Shown here: in pieces, positions 28,108 to 39,996 of the stretch
How positions within the stretch are numbered: position 1 is the stretch's first letter
How the letters are laid out: every line of letters starts with the position of its first letter
IMG/VR virus record: IMGVR_UViG_3300023242_000003
Location: 1 to 64,000 of that record
Direction: 5' to 3' (one strand)
Length of the DNA: 64,000 nucleotides
Source of the DNA: a virus
Position numbers and translations under genes: made by a program
Notes under the pieces: generated by a model
The model's input: the letters and a program-made list of their open reading frames with translations, nothing else
Told to the model about the DNA's origin: nothing
The model's database searches: none

Positions 28108-29753
28108 TAACGGTAATATATTGTACTAGAGAAAGTAAACCAGAACATAAAGAACATCTAATTAAGACTTCTGGACTCCATAAACACATCGAGGTAATCG
28201 AAATAATCAATAATGGTGAATCACTAACTCAAATATATAATCGTGGGTTAAAACAAGCTAAAAACGATATCGTTGTGTTTTGTCATGATGACTTAACTGT
28301 TGAAACCAATCAATGGGGTAAAAAACTAATCAAAATGTTTGAAAAAAACCCAGAATTTGGTATTATAGGTGTTGCTGGGTCTAAAAACATGCCAGTATCT
28401 GGTCAGTGGTGGGAAAACCCTAAAAAAATGTATGGTCGTGTCGCACACACACACGAAGGTAAAACTTGGTTATCTGCTTATTCCGATGACTTAGGTCAAA
28501 TACTGGAAGAAGTGGTTGTTTGTGATGGTGTTTGGTTTGCGTTAGACAAAACGAGAATTAAAAAAGAATTTAACGAAAATGTAGAAGGATTTCATTTTTA
28601 CGATGTAACCTTTGCGTTCGAAAATTATTTAGAAGGTGTTAAGATTGGCGTTACCACAGCTATCAGAATCAACCATCAATCTATCGGTATGACTAATGAA
28701 GCTTGGGATAAAAATAGAACTGACTTTTCGGAAACCTACCAAGGACATTTGCCAGCTAACATAAAGAGAGTATTAAGAAAGGGTGAAAAATTAAATGTCC
28801 TTATTGGTTGTTTGAGTTTTGCCAATTTTACTGGTTCCGAACTTTATGTTTTTGAATTAGCTAAACAATTAGTAAAAAAAGGTTGTGAGGTTAGTGTATG
28901 TTCGAATATTGGTATGCCATTGGCTGGTTTAGCTAAATCTATTGGTATTAAAATGTATAGTTTACAAGAACCTCCTGGTTTTAAGTTAGGTGATGGTAAA
29001 TGGTTATTAAAGTCTCCTCAAGGTGATGTAGTTTCACAAGAAAATACGCTATATAATATTTCAAAAATTAATTTTGATATTGTTCACTTAAACCATAAAC
29101 CAGTAACCGAACACTTACTAAGACTGTATCCAAATACGCCAGTTATTTGTTCAATTCATTCAGAAGTTATATCATTAGAAGAACCAGTTATTTCTGAGTC
29201 TATTAAACAATATATTGCTATTAGGCAAGAAATAAAAGACCATATCATAAATTCGTTTGGTGTTCCAGAGGACAAGGTTTGTGTTATTCATAACCCTATC
29301 GATGGTGATAAATTTAAAATCACTAATTCAAACGAAAAACGTGAAAAGAAAAGAATCCTTTTTGTTGGTACAATTGATTACCTTAGAAAAAATACTATAC
29401 AAGAACTTATAAATAAAACCAAAGAAGAAAATCAAGAACTTTGGATTGTTGGTAAGAAAAACGACAAGTATTTAGATGAAACGATAAACAATCAAGAACA
29501 TGTTAGTTATTTTGAACCGACAGCTAATATTGAAAAATTCATTCATCAATGTGATGAAACAGCTGGTATTCTTTTAGGTAGAACAACAATTGAAGGTTGG
29601 ATGTGTGGTAAAGCTGGTTGGATTTATGATGTTGATTCTAGTGGAAATGTTTTAAGTCAAAAACTACACCCTGTTCCAGAAGACATTGTTAAATTTGATA
29701 GTAAGTCAATTACGGCAGAAATAATAGAAGAATACAAAAAAATATTAGAATAA
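28104..29753 (+). CDS. Two-domain glycosyltransferase (GT-A + GT-B)
   Basis: YNRGL..AKNDIVVFCHDD and FHFYD; second half TGSELYV...ILFVG...GRTTIEG. Confidence 0.8.
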   Translation: MITVIYCTRESKPEHKEHLIKTSGLHKHIEVIEIINNGESLTQIYNRGLKQAKNDIVVFCHDDLTVETNQWGKKLIKMFEKNPEFGIIGVAGSKNMPVSGQWWENPKKMYGRVAHTHEGKTWLSAYSDDLGQILEEVVVCDGVWFALDKTRIKKEFNENVEGFHFYDVTFAFENYLEGVKIGVTTAIRINHQSIGMTNEAWDKNRTDFSETYQGHLPANIKRVLRKGEKLNVLIGCLSFANFTGSELYVFELAKQLVKKGCEVSVCSNIGMPLAGLAKSIGIKMYSLQEPPGFKLGDGKWLLKSPQGDVVSQENTLYNISKINFDIVHLNHKPVTEHLLRLYPNTPVICSIHSEVISLEEPVISESIKQYIAIRQEIKDHIINSFGVPEDKVCVIHNPIDGDKFKITNSNEKREKKRILFVGTIDYLRKNTIQELINKTKEENQELWIVGKKNDKYLDETINNQEHVSYFEPTANIEKFIHQCDETAGILLGRTTIEGWMCGKAGWIYDVDSSGNVLSQKLHPVPEDIVKFDSKSITAEIIEEYKKILE

Positions 29754-30475
29754 TGGAAGGTATTACGGTGATATTGAATGGTTTTAAAAGACCACAATTC
29801 CTAAAACAACAGATTGATACTATAAACAATCAAACGGTTAAACCGAAAGAAATTATGTTATGGCAAAACAACGTAGAAGGTTTTGATTCAGAATTAACAG
29901 ATTCAATCACAACTGCTTCGTGTAATAAAAACTTAGGTGTGTGGGCAAGATTTGCATTTGCACTTAACGCTAAAACAGAATATGTTTGTGTTTTTGATGA
30001 TGACACCATACCAGGTAAAATGTGGTTTGAAAATTGTTTAAACACAATGGAGACGCATGAAGGGTTGTTAGGGACGATTGGTTTGGTTTATAATAACGAA
30101 GACGGTTACTTACCTAATGTTAGACACGGTTGGGATAATCCTAATTTAAAACCCATTAGAGTTGATATAGTTGGTCATGCTTGGTTTTTTAAAAGAGAGT
30201 GGTTATCAACATATTGGAGAGAATTACCACCAGATGGTTTTGATTTCGTAGGTGAAGATATGCACTTTTCATACATGTTACAAAAATACTTAGGTTTAAA
30301 TACGTATGTACCACCTCACCCACCACACGTCCCAGAAATGTGGGGTAGTACAAAGGGATGGGAAATGGGAACCGAAAAAAATGGTTTATCATTGGTGCCA
30401 GCAAATATTAACAAAATGAATGAGTATTACAAACATTTGGTACATAATGGGTTTAATATTATAAATTCAAAGTAA
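29753..30475 (+). CDS. GT-A glycosyltransferase
   Basis: VILNGFKRP, VFDDD and GEDMH motifs. Confidence 0.78.
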   Translation: MEGITVILNGFKRPQFLKQQIDTINNQTVKPKEIMLWQNNVEGFDSELTDSITTASCNKNLGVWARFAFALNAKTEYVCVFDDDTIPGKMWFENCLNTMETHEGLLGTIGLVYNNEDGYLPNVRHGWDNPNLKPIRVDIVGHAWFFKREWLSTYWRELPPDGFDFVGEDMHFSYMLQKYLGLNTYVPPHPPHVPEMWGSTKGWEMGTEKNGLSLVPANINKMNEYYKHLVHNGFNIINSK

Positions 30476-30485
30476 AAAAAAATAT

Positions 30486-31215
<730 letters not shown>

Positions 31216-31824
31216 ATGGGAAACATTAATTTAGGGTATTATACGGTAACACATGAGACTACTGGTGGTGTGTGTGTAGATGTTGGGTGTAATTTAGGTG
31301 ATTTCACTGACAAATATAAAAAACATTTTAAGAAAATATATTTTATAGAGCCTCAAAAACAATTATTTGATAATCTAATAACAAGGTTTGAGTTAGATGA
31401 AAACATTTACGGTTTTAATTTAGCTGCGTGGTCAATTTCAGATATTGAGTTAGAATTAGTTGGTCATAGTAACAATGACCATGGGTCTGTTGGTGTTAAA
31501 AGCGAATTATTAAATAGTGATTGGGGTGATAATGTTGTGAATAAAGTTAAATCTGTAGATATCAACACATTATTCGGTAAAATAAATGAAAAATATATTG
31601 ACTACATGAAAATTGATTGTGAAAATTCAGAATATGAATTTTTATTAAATAAAGATTTGTCTAATATAGGTTATATTGGGATAGAATTACACAATCAAAT
31701 GGGTATAGGTAAATATACAAGTTTAATTGATTGGATTCAAGTTACGCACGAATTAGTTAATGGTGATTTAACCTACAAGGTTAATTGGAATAATGAAGTA
31801 CTTTTTAAAAATAAAATAAAATGA
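31216..31824 (+). CDS. FkbM-family methyltransferase
   Basis: VDVGCNLG, IEP, IDYMKIDCE and IELH. Confidence 0.85.
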   Translation: MGNINLGYYTVTHETTGGVCVDVGCNLGDFTDKYKKHFKKIYFIEPQKQLFDNLITRFELDENIYGFNLAAWSISDIELELVGHSNNDHGSVGVKSELLNSDWGDNVVNKVKSVDINTLFGKINEKYIDYMKIDCENSEYEFLLNKDLSNIGYIGIELHNQMGIGKYTSLIDWIQVTHELVNGDLTYKVNWNNEVLFKNKIK

Positions 31825-32819
31825 TTTTATTAACTTACGGTACTCGACCAGAATTCATCAAAATTAAACCTTTGATTGACGAAATGGAAAAAGAAAATAT
31901 TCCATTTAAAATATTATTTACTGGTCAACATAAAACAATCTCAAACGGTATATTTGATTATTATTTAAGTGGATTAGACTATGGTAAAAATAGATTAGAC
32001 AGTATTATAATGAACTGTATGAATATACCAGATGAGTTTTTAAATGACATAACACACATTTTAGTACAAGGTGATACAACATCAGTTACGGGTTTAGCGT
32101 TATCTGCTTTACATAGACAAATCCCTGTTATCCATTTAGAGGCTGGTTTAAGGACTTATGATACCGAAAACCCATATCCAGAAGAGAACAACAGAAGAAT
32201 CGTTTCTACGATAGCTAAAGTGCATCTATGTCCTACTGAATTAAACCGTAAAAACCTAGAGAGCGAGCATACGTTAGGTGATATCTATGTTGTTGGAAAT
32301 ACTGTGTTGGATAATTTAATCCATTACAAAGACAAATGTGAATACACAGATAAAGTTTTAGTTACGCTTCACAGACGTGAAAACCATGACCAAATCGATT
32401 TATGGTTTAATGAAATCAATAAATTGGCAAAAGAAAACCCAGAACTTGAGTTTATTTTGCCAATTCACCCAAACCCTAATGTTTTAAAACACAAAGATAT
32501 TTTAACGAACGTCACAGTTATCGAACCAATGACACATTCTAATTTATTAGAGTTGTTGGTTAAAACAAAAATAGTAATCACAGATAGTGGGGGTCTTCAA
32601 GAAGAATGTTCTTTCTTTAATAAAAAATGTTTGGTATGTAGAAAAATTACTGAAAGACCAGAATCTATTGGTTTAAGTAGTTATATGGTAATTGAACCTA
32701 GTGATTTAAAACCAAGTTTCGATTCTCAAATAAAGGAATATATTATCGATGTTGAATCACCATATGGGGATGGTGGTTCATCGAAAAAAATAATTGAAAT
32801 TTTTAAAAAAATATTATAA
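31821..32819 (+). CDS. wecB: UDP-N-acetylglucosamine 2-epimerase
   Basis: GTRPEFIK, TGQH, VQGDT, HLEAGLR, PEE.NR, TLHRREN, TDSGGLQEE and TERPE. Confidence 0.93.
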   Translation: MILLTYGTRPEFIKIKPLIDEMEKENIPFKILFTGQHKTISNGIFDYYLSGLDYGKNRLDSIIMNCMNIPDEFLNDITHILVQGDTTSVTGLALSALHRQIPVIHLEAGLRTYDTENPYPEENNRRIVSTIAKVHLCPTELNRKNLESEHTLGDIYVVGNTVLDNLIHYKDKCEYTDKVLVTLHRRENHDQIDLWFNEINKLAKENPELEFILPIHPNPNVLKHKDILTNVTVIEPMTHSNLLELLVKTKIVITDSGGLQEECSFFNKKCLVCRKITERPESIGLSSYMVIEPSDLKPSFDSQIKEYIIDVESPYGDGGSSKKIIEIFKKIL

Positions 32820-33757
32820 TGGGTATTAAAAAATGGATGGGTATTTTATCGTTATCGTTAAGTAACGTTGAAAAAAATGCTCTTAGTCAAATAGGTGGAG
32901 CGTTAAGTGATGATGTTTCACAATCTTGTAGGTTAACTCAAGGACAATTAGCTGATTCATTAATCAACGGTGAAATAACACAAGAAGTTTTAAATTTAAA
33001 ATGGCGAACATATAAAATACTTAAAGCAAGTGAAGGTGTTACAGCTAAAATTATTGGTTACGATAATGATGGTATGCCAATTACTAAAGTAATAAAACGA
33101 AATAATAAAAAAGCTCTTAAAAAAGTTAAAGTTGATGAAGTAGATACTTTTATTGTTGAAATGGTTATTGATAATAGTGAAATTTCTTCTGGAAGCAATC
33201 AAGTTATGAATAATGAATATGTGAGTATTTACGACCAAGTTAATATAAATCATGGTGATGATGGTGAAATAATTAGTGCTAGCCATGGCGAAATAGATGG
33301 TTTAGAGTACTTTGCGACAAACAAAGCGGGAAAACCTATTAAAATAATTAGAAACGAAGCCTCTAGTTTTTCGATAGAAAACTTTACAAAAAAATTAGTC
33401 GTTAGAAAAATAAGTAAAACAAAAAAAATGTTGGAGTTTTATGTTAGTGTTTATCCAGATGAATATAACAGAACTAGTCGTTTATTTATTAGCGCTATAA
33501 AAAAAGCTATTGAAAACCCACAACATTCTAACATGTTAAATTTTAAATCTGTTGAGTTTGTAACGTATAAATCTTTAGGTGTTTCTGATTTTTTAGAATT
33601 TGAATACGAAATCGAATCTTTTGATAAAATTATAGAGTTTAATGGGTCATATGTTATTAAGTTCATCGCCAACACTATAGTAAACGGTAAAGACATAATG
33701 GAGGGACACAGAGTGGAAGAACTCGATAAAAAATATGCTGATAAAACTAAAAAATAA
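32819..33757 (+). CDS. Hypothetical protein
   Basis: 312-aa ORF, coupled to wecB. Confidence 0.6.
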   Translation: MGIKKWMGILSLSLSNVEKNALSQIGGALSDDVSQSCRLTQGQLADSLINGEITQEVLNLKWRTYKILKASEGVTAKIIGYDNDGMPITKVIKRNNKKALKKVKVDEVDTFIVEMVIDNSEISSGSNQVMNNEYVSIYDQVNINHGDDGEIISASHGEIDGLEYFATNKAGKPIKIIRNEASSFSIENFTKKLVVRKISKTKKMLEFYVSVYPDEYNRTSRLFISAIKKAIENPQHSNMLNFKSVEFVTYKSLGVSDFLEFEYEIESFDKIIEFNGSYVIKFIANTIVNGKDIMEGHRVEELDKKYADKTKK

Positions 33758-33800
33758 AATAATTGATAATATGAGCTATATTTATTAATAAAACAAATTT

Positions 33801-35777
33801 ATGTCAAAAAAAGTTTCAACACCGTTAAAAACAACTGCTGCTAAACCAGCTAGAACCACTAGAACTAAAAAAACAGAAACTAACGAAATTGTTTCTTCGG
33901 CACACATAAAACAAGACTTACTTAGCCAGATAAAAATAGATTTAAAACATAAGAATGAGGTTCAGAAAAAACTTACCCAATCAATCAAAAATGGTGATGT
34001 AACTATTTGTACTGGCCCAGCTGGTACTGGTAAAGCCCAACCACTTGATTCATTAATTTTAACCCCAAAAGGGTATGTTAAAATGGGTGATATTAATGTA
34101 GGTGATGAGGTTATTGGGGTTAATGGTACCCCTATATTAGTAGATGGTGTTTACCCACAAGGTGAAAAAGAAATTTATTTAATTTCTTTTTCAGATGGAA
34201 CACAAACTGAGTGTTGTGGTGAACATTTATGGTTTACTCAAACCTATGAAGAGAGGAATAAACGTAAAAGAGTAACTGATGATAATGGGAAACGTATTTA
34301 TATCGGTAAAAATCCAAATAAAGGTTCAGTTAGAAATACGATTGATATTATGAATTCGTTAGTTGTTGGTAAAAAATCACAAAAAGTTAATCACTCAATT
34401 CCAATTGTTAAACAAATTGAATTTAAAACCAAAGAAGTTACTATTGACCCTTATTTATTAGGTTGTTTATTAGGTGATGGTGGTTTTACCACACCAGCAA
34501 TATCCTTAACAACAAATGATGTACAAATTGTTGAAACGATTTCTAATATTTTACCAAAAAATCATATTCTAAAAGAAAAATATGGTCAAAATTATATTAT
34601 AAAGTCGGTTGGGGTTAAAAAAAATGATATAACAGAGTATTTACGTGAAGTTAATTTATTTGGATTAACTTCTTCATACAAATTCATTCCAGAAGAATAT
34701 CTAATTAACGATACTAACACTAGATTAGAAATTTTAAGGGGGTTATTAGACACTGATGGTTCCGTGGATACAAAAACTGGTACACCGTTATTCTATTCTA
34801 CTTCTGAGAAGTTAATAGATGGAGTAACCTTTATAGTACAATCACTTGGTGGTATAGTTAAAAAAACACAAAAAATAGGTAAATATAGAAAACTAAATGG
34901 TGAGGTAAAAGAATGTAAGGTTATTTATTCGCTACATATTAACTTACCACTAGGGGTAATACCATTTAAATTAGATAGGAAAATAAATCTAATGAAACAA
35001 AGAGTTAAATATTTTCCTATTCGGTATATTAAAAATGTTGAACTAATAGGTAAGAAAAAGGCTCAATGTATTTCTGTAAATGACGAAAACCATTTATATT
35101 TAACAAATGATTGTATTGTAACGCACAACACCTTATTAAGTGTTGCTGAGGCGTTAATCTTATTAAAAACTCACCCAGAAATTTATTATGAAATCAAACT
35201 AGTTAAATCAATCATTCAACTTAAAGATGAGGATTTAGGTACTTTACCTGGTGATGAAAGAGATAAATTAAAATTTATTATGATGTCTTTCTTTGATGCT
35301 TTCTATAAACTAATAGGTGAAGAACTAACTAATAAATTGTTAGATGCTGGTTACATAAAAATGGAGGTTTTTGGTTCTATTCGTGGTAGGTCACTATCAA
35401 ACTGTATCGTGTTATTTGATGAATTTCAAAACGTTACCGATAACAACGGAAAAACACTTCTTACTCGTTTCTCTGAAAACACCAAAGTAATAGCTCTAGG
35501 TGATAGTAATCAAGTAGATTTAAAAAAACCAGAATCTAGTTGTTTAGGTGAGTTAGTCAGAATGGCTAAATTACACCCAGAAGAAGGTGTTAATGTGGTT
35601 GAATTTACTGAAAATGAAGTTGTTAGACATAGGTTAACAAAATATTTTATAAACATTTTTGAACATAAAGACTACAAAAAAATTACGGTACCAAAACCAT
35701 CATCAAGTAGAATAATTAAAAAATCTGGTTTTTTTAGTTTTTTAAACTTTTTAAAAAAAAAAATAGATAATTTATAA
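33801..35777 (+). CDS. phoH: PhoH-like ATPase containing an intein
   Basis: GPAGTGK-[intein]-TLLS, LGTLPG, IRGRSL, DEFQN, LGD..Q.D and VVRH. Confidence 0.9.
   Translation: MSKKVSTPLKTTAAKPARTTRTKKTETNEIVSSAHIKQDLLSQIKIDLKHKNEVQKKLTQSIKNGDVTICTGPAGTGKAQPLDSLILTPKGYVKMGDINVGDEVIGVNGTPILVDGVYPQGEKEIYLISFSDGTQTECCGEHLWFTQTYEERNKRKRVTDDNGKRIYIGKNPNKGSVRNTIDIMNSLVVGKKSQKVNHSIPIVKQIEFKTKEVTIDPYLLGCLLGDGGFTTPAISLTTNDVQIVETISNILPKNHILKEKYGQNYIIKSVGVKKNDITEYLREVNLFGLTSSYKFIPEEYLINDTNTRLEILRGLLDTDGSVDTKTGTPLFYSTSEKLIDGVTFIVQSLGGIVKKTQKIGKYRKLNGEVKECKVIYSLHINLPLGVIPFKLDRKINLMKQRVKYFPIRYIKNVELIGKKKAQCISVNDENHLYLTNDCIVTHNTLLSVAEALILLKTHPEIYYEIKLVKSIIQLKDEDLGTLPGDERDKLKFIMMSFFDAFYKLIGEELTNKLLDAGYIKMEVFGSIRGRSLSNCIVLFDEFQNVTDNNGKTLLTRFSENTKVIALGDSNQVDLKKPESSCLGELVRMAKLHPEEGVNVVEFTENEVVRHRLTKYFINIFEHKDYKKITVPKPSSSRIIKKSGFFSFLNFLKKKIDNL
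34035..35129 (+). mobile_element. Class 3 intein with LAGLIDADG endonuclease in PhoH Walker A
   Basis: AQPLDS start, HLW, QCISV, VTHN/T; LLGCLLGDG and LRGLLDTDG. Confidence 0.9.
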
Positions 35778-35819
35778 AATTTACTTTACTTATTGATGAC
35801 TATCCCGTAAATTGGTATC

Positions 35820-36428
35820 ATGAAAATAGGTATAAGTATAAATGAGGTTTTAAGAGATTTTATCGGCCAATTGGTTTACACATATGATAAGTATATTGGC
35901 GAAACTAATTTAACAGAAGAAGACGTTACTAATTTTAATTTAATAGAACATTTTAAATTCGATAACGTTAACAAACTTAATTCGTTTCTATATTTAGAAG
36001 CACCTCTAGAAATTTTTGGTCATGCTGACCAAATGTCTGATGGTTTAATTAACCATTTTAATAATTTTATTATGGATATTGTCGATGATGATGAACACCA
36101 AGTTGAATTGGTGAGTCGTGAAATCGATAAAAGTATCCCGTCTACCTATTTCTTCTTATCTAAAACCAGCTGTAGAATCGGAAACATTAGATTCGTTAAA
36201 CAAAACTCTGATGAATGGGGTGATTGTGACGTATTAATCACCGCCAACCCAGTAGCTTTAGAAAATAAACCTTCTGGTAAAATAAGCGTGAAGGTCAACG
36301 CATCTTACAATAAAAAAGTTGCTTCTGATTATCAGATTGACTCAATTTTGGATTTTATTAACGATGAAGAACTTAGAAATAGGATTTTAACAACGACAAC
36401 AATAACAACAACTTACGAAGAAATTTAA
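35820..36428 (+). CDS. 5'(3')-deoxyribonucleotidase-like HAD-fold protein (degenerate motif)
   Basis: KIGISINEVLRDF in place of canonical IGIDIDxVL. Confidence 0.5.
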   Translation: MKIGISINEVLRDFIGQLVYTYDKYIGETNLTEEDVTNFNLIEHFKFDNVNKLNSFLYLEAPLEIFGHADQMSDGLINHFNNFIMDIVDDDEHQVELVSREIDKSIPSTYFFLSKTSCRIGNIRFVKQNSDEWGDCDVLITANPVALENKPSGKISVKVNASYNKKVASDYQIDSILDFINDEELRNRILTTTTITTTYEEI

Positions 36429-36432
36429 AAAT

Positions 36433-36786
36433 ATGATTGAATTTGGAGGAATAATCTATCAACTAGATTTAGATGCTTTAAACGAAGCGATTAAAATAAA
36501 AGGTCAAAACTCTAAAGACATTGTTGAAAGAGTTGAAAAAACTTATACTAACGAAAAAGGTGAAGTTACTGGTGGTGAAATATTAGAAACGTTTAGAGGT
36601 CGTTTTCCTCTTTTAGATTCTAATAAATACGAAATAATAAGAATGTTAATTGATATTCTTATGGATGACGTAGATGAAGAACCAGACGATTCATTAGGTA
36701 TTGAAAGAGCTTTAAGTAAAAAACCAGTATCGTATAGAATAGCATTCAACACGCTAAAAAATTATAAAATATTAAAAGAAATATAA
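36433..36786 (+). CDS. Hypothetical protein
   Basis: 117-aa ORF. Confidence 0.55.
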   Translation: MIEFGGIIYQLDLDALNEAIKIKGQNSKDIVERVEKTYTNEKGEVTGGEILETFRGRFPLLDSNKYEIIRMLIDILMDDVDEEPDDSLGIERALSKKPVSYRIAFNTLKNYKILKEI

Positions 36787-36805
36787 CAACCCAAAAACAA
36801 AAAAA

Positions 36806-37954
36806 ATGGAAGGACAAACAAAACAAATTGAAGAACAAATCGATAACGTTACCAAAGTAATCAAAAATTTAAAAAATAAAGATTTTAATGTTTATTTCTT
36901 TACTCTAGACACTAAAGGTAACCCTACAGCTGGTATCGCAAATATCTATGAGCATGTTAAAATGCTTAATGAATTAGGTTATAATGCCGCTATTCTACAC
37001 GAAAAAAACGATTATAAATTAAAAGCCGATGAAAATGGTCAAGGAATTAGTGAATGGTTAGGTGAAGAATATGCTTCATTACCACACATTTCAATTGAAG
37101 GGCAGAATTTAAATATTAGTCCAGCTGATATTATTGTCATACCAGAAATATTTTCAAATGTTATGGACCAAGTAAAAGGGTTCCCATGTAAAAAAGTTGT
37201 TTTCTCGCAAAGTTATGATTACTTATTGGAGTTATTACCTATCGGTAAAAGATGGAACACTGATTATGGTTTTAATGATGTAATAACGACTTCAGAAAAA
37301 CAAGCTGATTATTTAAAATCACTATTCCCATCAATCAACACACAAGTTGTACCAGTATCAATACCCTCTTATTTTAAAGATAGTGATAAACCTAAAATCC
37401 CAGTTGTGTCAATCCTTACCAGAAACCAAGGTGATGCGGCTAAAATTGCAAAATCATTTTATTTACAATACCCAATTTATAAATGGGTTACTTTTAAAGA
37501 ATTAAGGGGTTTGCCTAGACAACAATTCGCCACTGAATTAGCTAAATCTTGTTTAGCTGTATGGGTTGATGATACTTCTGGTTTTGGAACATTCCCTTTA
37601 GAAGCTATTGAGTGTAACACAACGGTTATCGGTAAAATGCCTAATCTTATCCCAGAATGGATGGAAACTAAAGATGAAGAAGGTAATTTAGTTATCAATA
37701 ATAATGGTGTTTGGACAAACACAACTATGAATATTCCAGAATTAATTGCAACCTATTTAAAAGTTTGGTTAGAAGACTCCGTACCAACTGATTTGATTGA
37801 GGGAATTAAAGGCTCACAAGGTTTATACACAGAAGAAAAACAAAAAGATGCGTTATCTAAAGCGTATGATACTTTAACGAATAACAGAATCCTAGAAGTT
37901 CAAAATTCTTTAGCTAAATTAGAAGAAGCTAAAACACAAACAACTAACGTTTAA
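36806..37954 (+). CDS. GT-B glycosyltransferase-like protein
   Basis: IYEHV..LNELG, IVIPE and GFGTFPLEA (GT4-like E-x7-E region). Confidence 0.7.
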   Translation: MEGQTKQIEEQIDNVTKVIKNLKNKDFNVYFFTLDTKGNPTAGIANIYEHVKMLNELGYNAAILHEKNDYKLKADENGQGISEWLGEEYASLPHISIEGQNLNISPADIIVIPEIFSNVMDQVKGFPCKKVVFSQSYDYLLELLPIGKRWNTDYGFNDVITTSEKQADYLKSLFPSINTQVVPVSIPSYFKDSDKPKIPVVSILTRNQGDAAKIAKSFYLQYPIYKWVTFKELRGLPRQQFATELAKSCLAVWVDDTSGFGTFPLEAIECNTTVIGKMPNLIPEWMETKDEEGNLVINNNGVWTNTTMNIPELIATYLKVWLEDSVPTDLIEGIKGSQGLYTEEKQKDALSKAYDTLTNNRILEVQNSLAKLEEAKTQTTNV

Positions 37955-37979
37955 TTAAATATAAAATAAAAAAAGAAAA

Positions 37980-38777
37980 ATGGAAAAACAAACACAAATA
38001 AGCGTTATCCTTCCAGTTCATGATTTGAACGAAGTAACAAAACCTATGTTTCAAAACGCAATCCAAAGCGTTACAAACCAAACAGTGCAACCAGACAAAT
38101 TAATTATTGTTGTACCTAAAGGAAGTGAAACAGCAAAATACATCAAATCTTTTGATTTTGGTGAAAATAAAAAATTAGTAGTTATCGCTGAAAATGATGG
38201 TGCTACTGATTTTGCCTCGCAAGTTAATTACGGTGTTTCCGTTACCAAAACAGAATGGTTCTCTATCTTAGAATTCGATGATGAATATGCTAAGATTTGG
38301 TTCAAAAATGTTGTTGAATACATAGATGCACATAGCAACGTTGATTTATTTTTACCAATTGTAATTGATGTAGATTCAGTAGGAAACTTTATTGGTTTTA
38401 CCAACGAAGCAGTTTGGGCCAACAGTTTTTCAGATGAGTTAGGTATTTTAGATAACAATGCATTATTAACCTATCAAAACTTTAATATTGATGGAATGGT
38501 TATTAAAAAATCTACTTATGAAGAATTTGGTGGGTTTAAACCTAGTATTAAATTAACGTTTATCTATGAGTTTTTATTACGTATGACATTCAAGGATGTT
38601 AGGGTAATGGTTGTACCTAGATTTGGTTACAAACACGTAAACCAAAGACCAGGTTCTTTATTCTCATACTACAAAGAAACTCTAGACCCAATTGAAGCTA
38701 AGTGGTGGTTATCAACAGCAAAAAAAGAATACTATTTTCCAAAAGATAGACAGATAACATACGATTCACAAAGTTAA
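37980..38777 (+). CDS. GT2 glycosyltransferase
   Basis: ISVILPVH, SV.NQT, N.GV and EFDD. Confidence 0.8.
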   Translation: MEKQTQISVILPVHDLNEVTKPMFQNAIQSVTNQTVQPDKLIIVVPKGSETAKYIKSFDFGENKKLVVIAENDGATDFASQVNYGVSVTKTEWFSILEFDDEYAKIWFKNVVEYIDAHSNVDLFLPIVIDVDSVGNFIGFTNEAVWANSFSDELGILDNNALLTYQNFNIDGMVIKKSTYEEFGGFKPSIKLTFIYEFLLRMTFKDVRVMVVPRFGYKHVNQRPGSLFSYYKETLDPIEAKWWLSTAKKEYYFPKDRQITYDSQS

Positions 38778-38780
38778 TAA

Positions 38781-39509
38781 ATGATTATAAAAAGAGGGCG
38801 TAAAAGAAAAAATGATATGTACTTTGGTCCAGAGGAAGAAGAAGCGGTCGTTAAATTTTTAGAGTCAGATAGTGAAACAGAAAGAAATGTTATTTTTAAT
38901 GAATGGTTAAAAGCGCCATTAGATAAGATGATTGAATCAATTATCAGAAGGTATAAATTATATAGAAAGGGTGAAACTTTTGAAGAACTTCATGGTGACA
39001 CCGTTTCTTTTCTGATAACTAAAGTGCATAAATTTGAAACTGGAAGAGGGAAAAAAGCTTATTCGTATTTTGGAACAATAGCCAAGAATTATATTCTTGG
39101 GTTATTAATAAAAGATGAAAAATACATGAAACAGACATCATCTTATGAAGATATGTCGTCAAGTATAGAGGAAAGGTCAGATATGACTTATGTTATTGAT
39201 GGTGATGAGCTTATGATGGATAATTTTTTAAAAAAATTATCTAGTGGTATCCAAGAAGAAATGAACGATGAAAACCAACCACAAAAAAAGAAATTAAATG
39301 ATAATGAAAGAAAAGTGGGGTTAGCTCTTATCGAAATTCTAGAAAACTGGGAAACAGCGTTTGAATCTATGGACGGTGGTTCTAAATATAATAAAAATTC
39401 TGTTTTAGAAACCATGAGAAATTACACCAACTTATCGACAAAAGATATTAGATTGGCTATGAAAAGATATAAAGAGCTTTATGAGTTATTAAAACACCAT
39501 GGTTTATAG
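38781..39509 (+). CDS. Phage sigma factor (T4 gp55-like)
   Basis: N-terminal NDMYF and KF...GKKAYSYFGTIAKNY, matching the gp55-family region-2 motif. Confidence 0.7.
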   Translation: MIIKRGRKRKNDMYFGPEEEEAVVKFLESDSETERNVIFNEWLKAPLDKMIESIIRRYKLYRKGETFEELHGDTVSFLITKVHKFETGRGKKAYSYFGTIAKNYILGLLIKDEKYMKQTSSYEDMSSSIEERSDMTYVIDGDELMMDNFLKKLSSGIQEEMNDENQPQKKKLNDNERKVGLALIEILENWETAFESMDGGSKYNKNSVLETMRNYTNLSTKDIRLAMKRYKELYELLKHHGL

Positions 39510-39560
39510 AATTATTACGATAAAACCAAACTAACAGGTATTTATAGTAAAACAAAAATC

Positions 39561-39947
39561 ATGGGAAGAAAGAAAAAACAAGAAGTTAAAGTAAATAACA
39601 ATGAATCGCTAGAGGGTTTAATGCAAGAAACCTATAACGATGCGTGTCTACAAATAAATGACGCTCAAAAAACAATCAATGAATTGTCAGCTAGCGCTAC
39701 CCCAGTAGATATTGATGATTTAACTAAAGTAGCTAAAGAAAAAGGTGGTTTATTAAAAATAAAAGATTCAGCTATTAGGATAAAATTAGAATTGGCTAAA
39801 CTACAAAGCGATATCATCAAAAATAGAGGTGATGCTGAGGGTGCTATTTCTGAAAGAAGTAACGGTTCCGCATCTCTTAGTGATTTTAAAACTATTCGTG
39901 AAATGTTGAAAAACAAAGGAATTGAAGAAGAAGAAGAAAACAAATAA
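39561..39947 (+). CDS. Hypothetical coiled-coil protein
   Basis: 128-aa ORF preceded by GTATTTAT motif. Confidence 0.55.
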   Translation: MGRKKKQEVKVNNNESLEGLMQETYNDACLQINDAQKTINELSASATPVDIDDLTKVAKEKGGLLKIKDSAIRIKLELAKLQSDIIKNRGDAEGAISERSNGSASLSDFKTIREMLKNKGIEEEEENK

Positions 39948-39996
39948 TAAATTAAACCCACTAACGTTTAGAAATTAGTTTTAATAAAAAAACATT

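Noticed and set aside
39507-39563. In-frame TAG readthrough fusing the sigma factor to ORF 39561
   Set aside because: The 17-codon open spacer contains its own promoter motif and A-rich leader; plausible by chance
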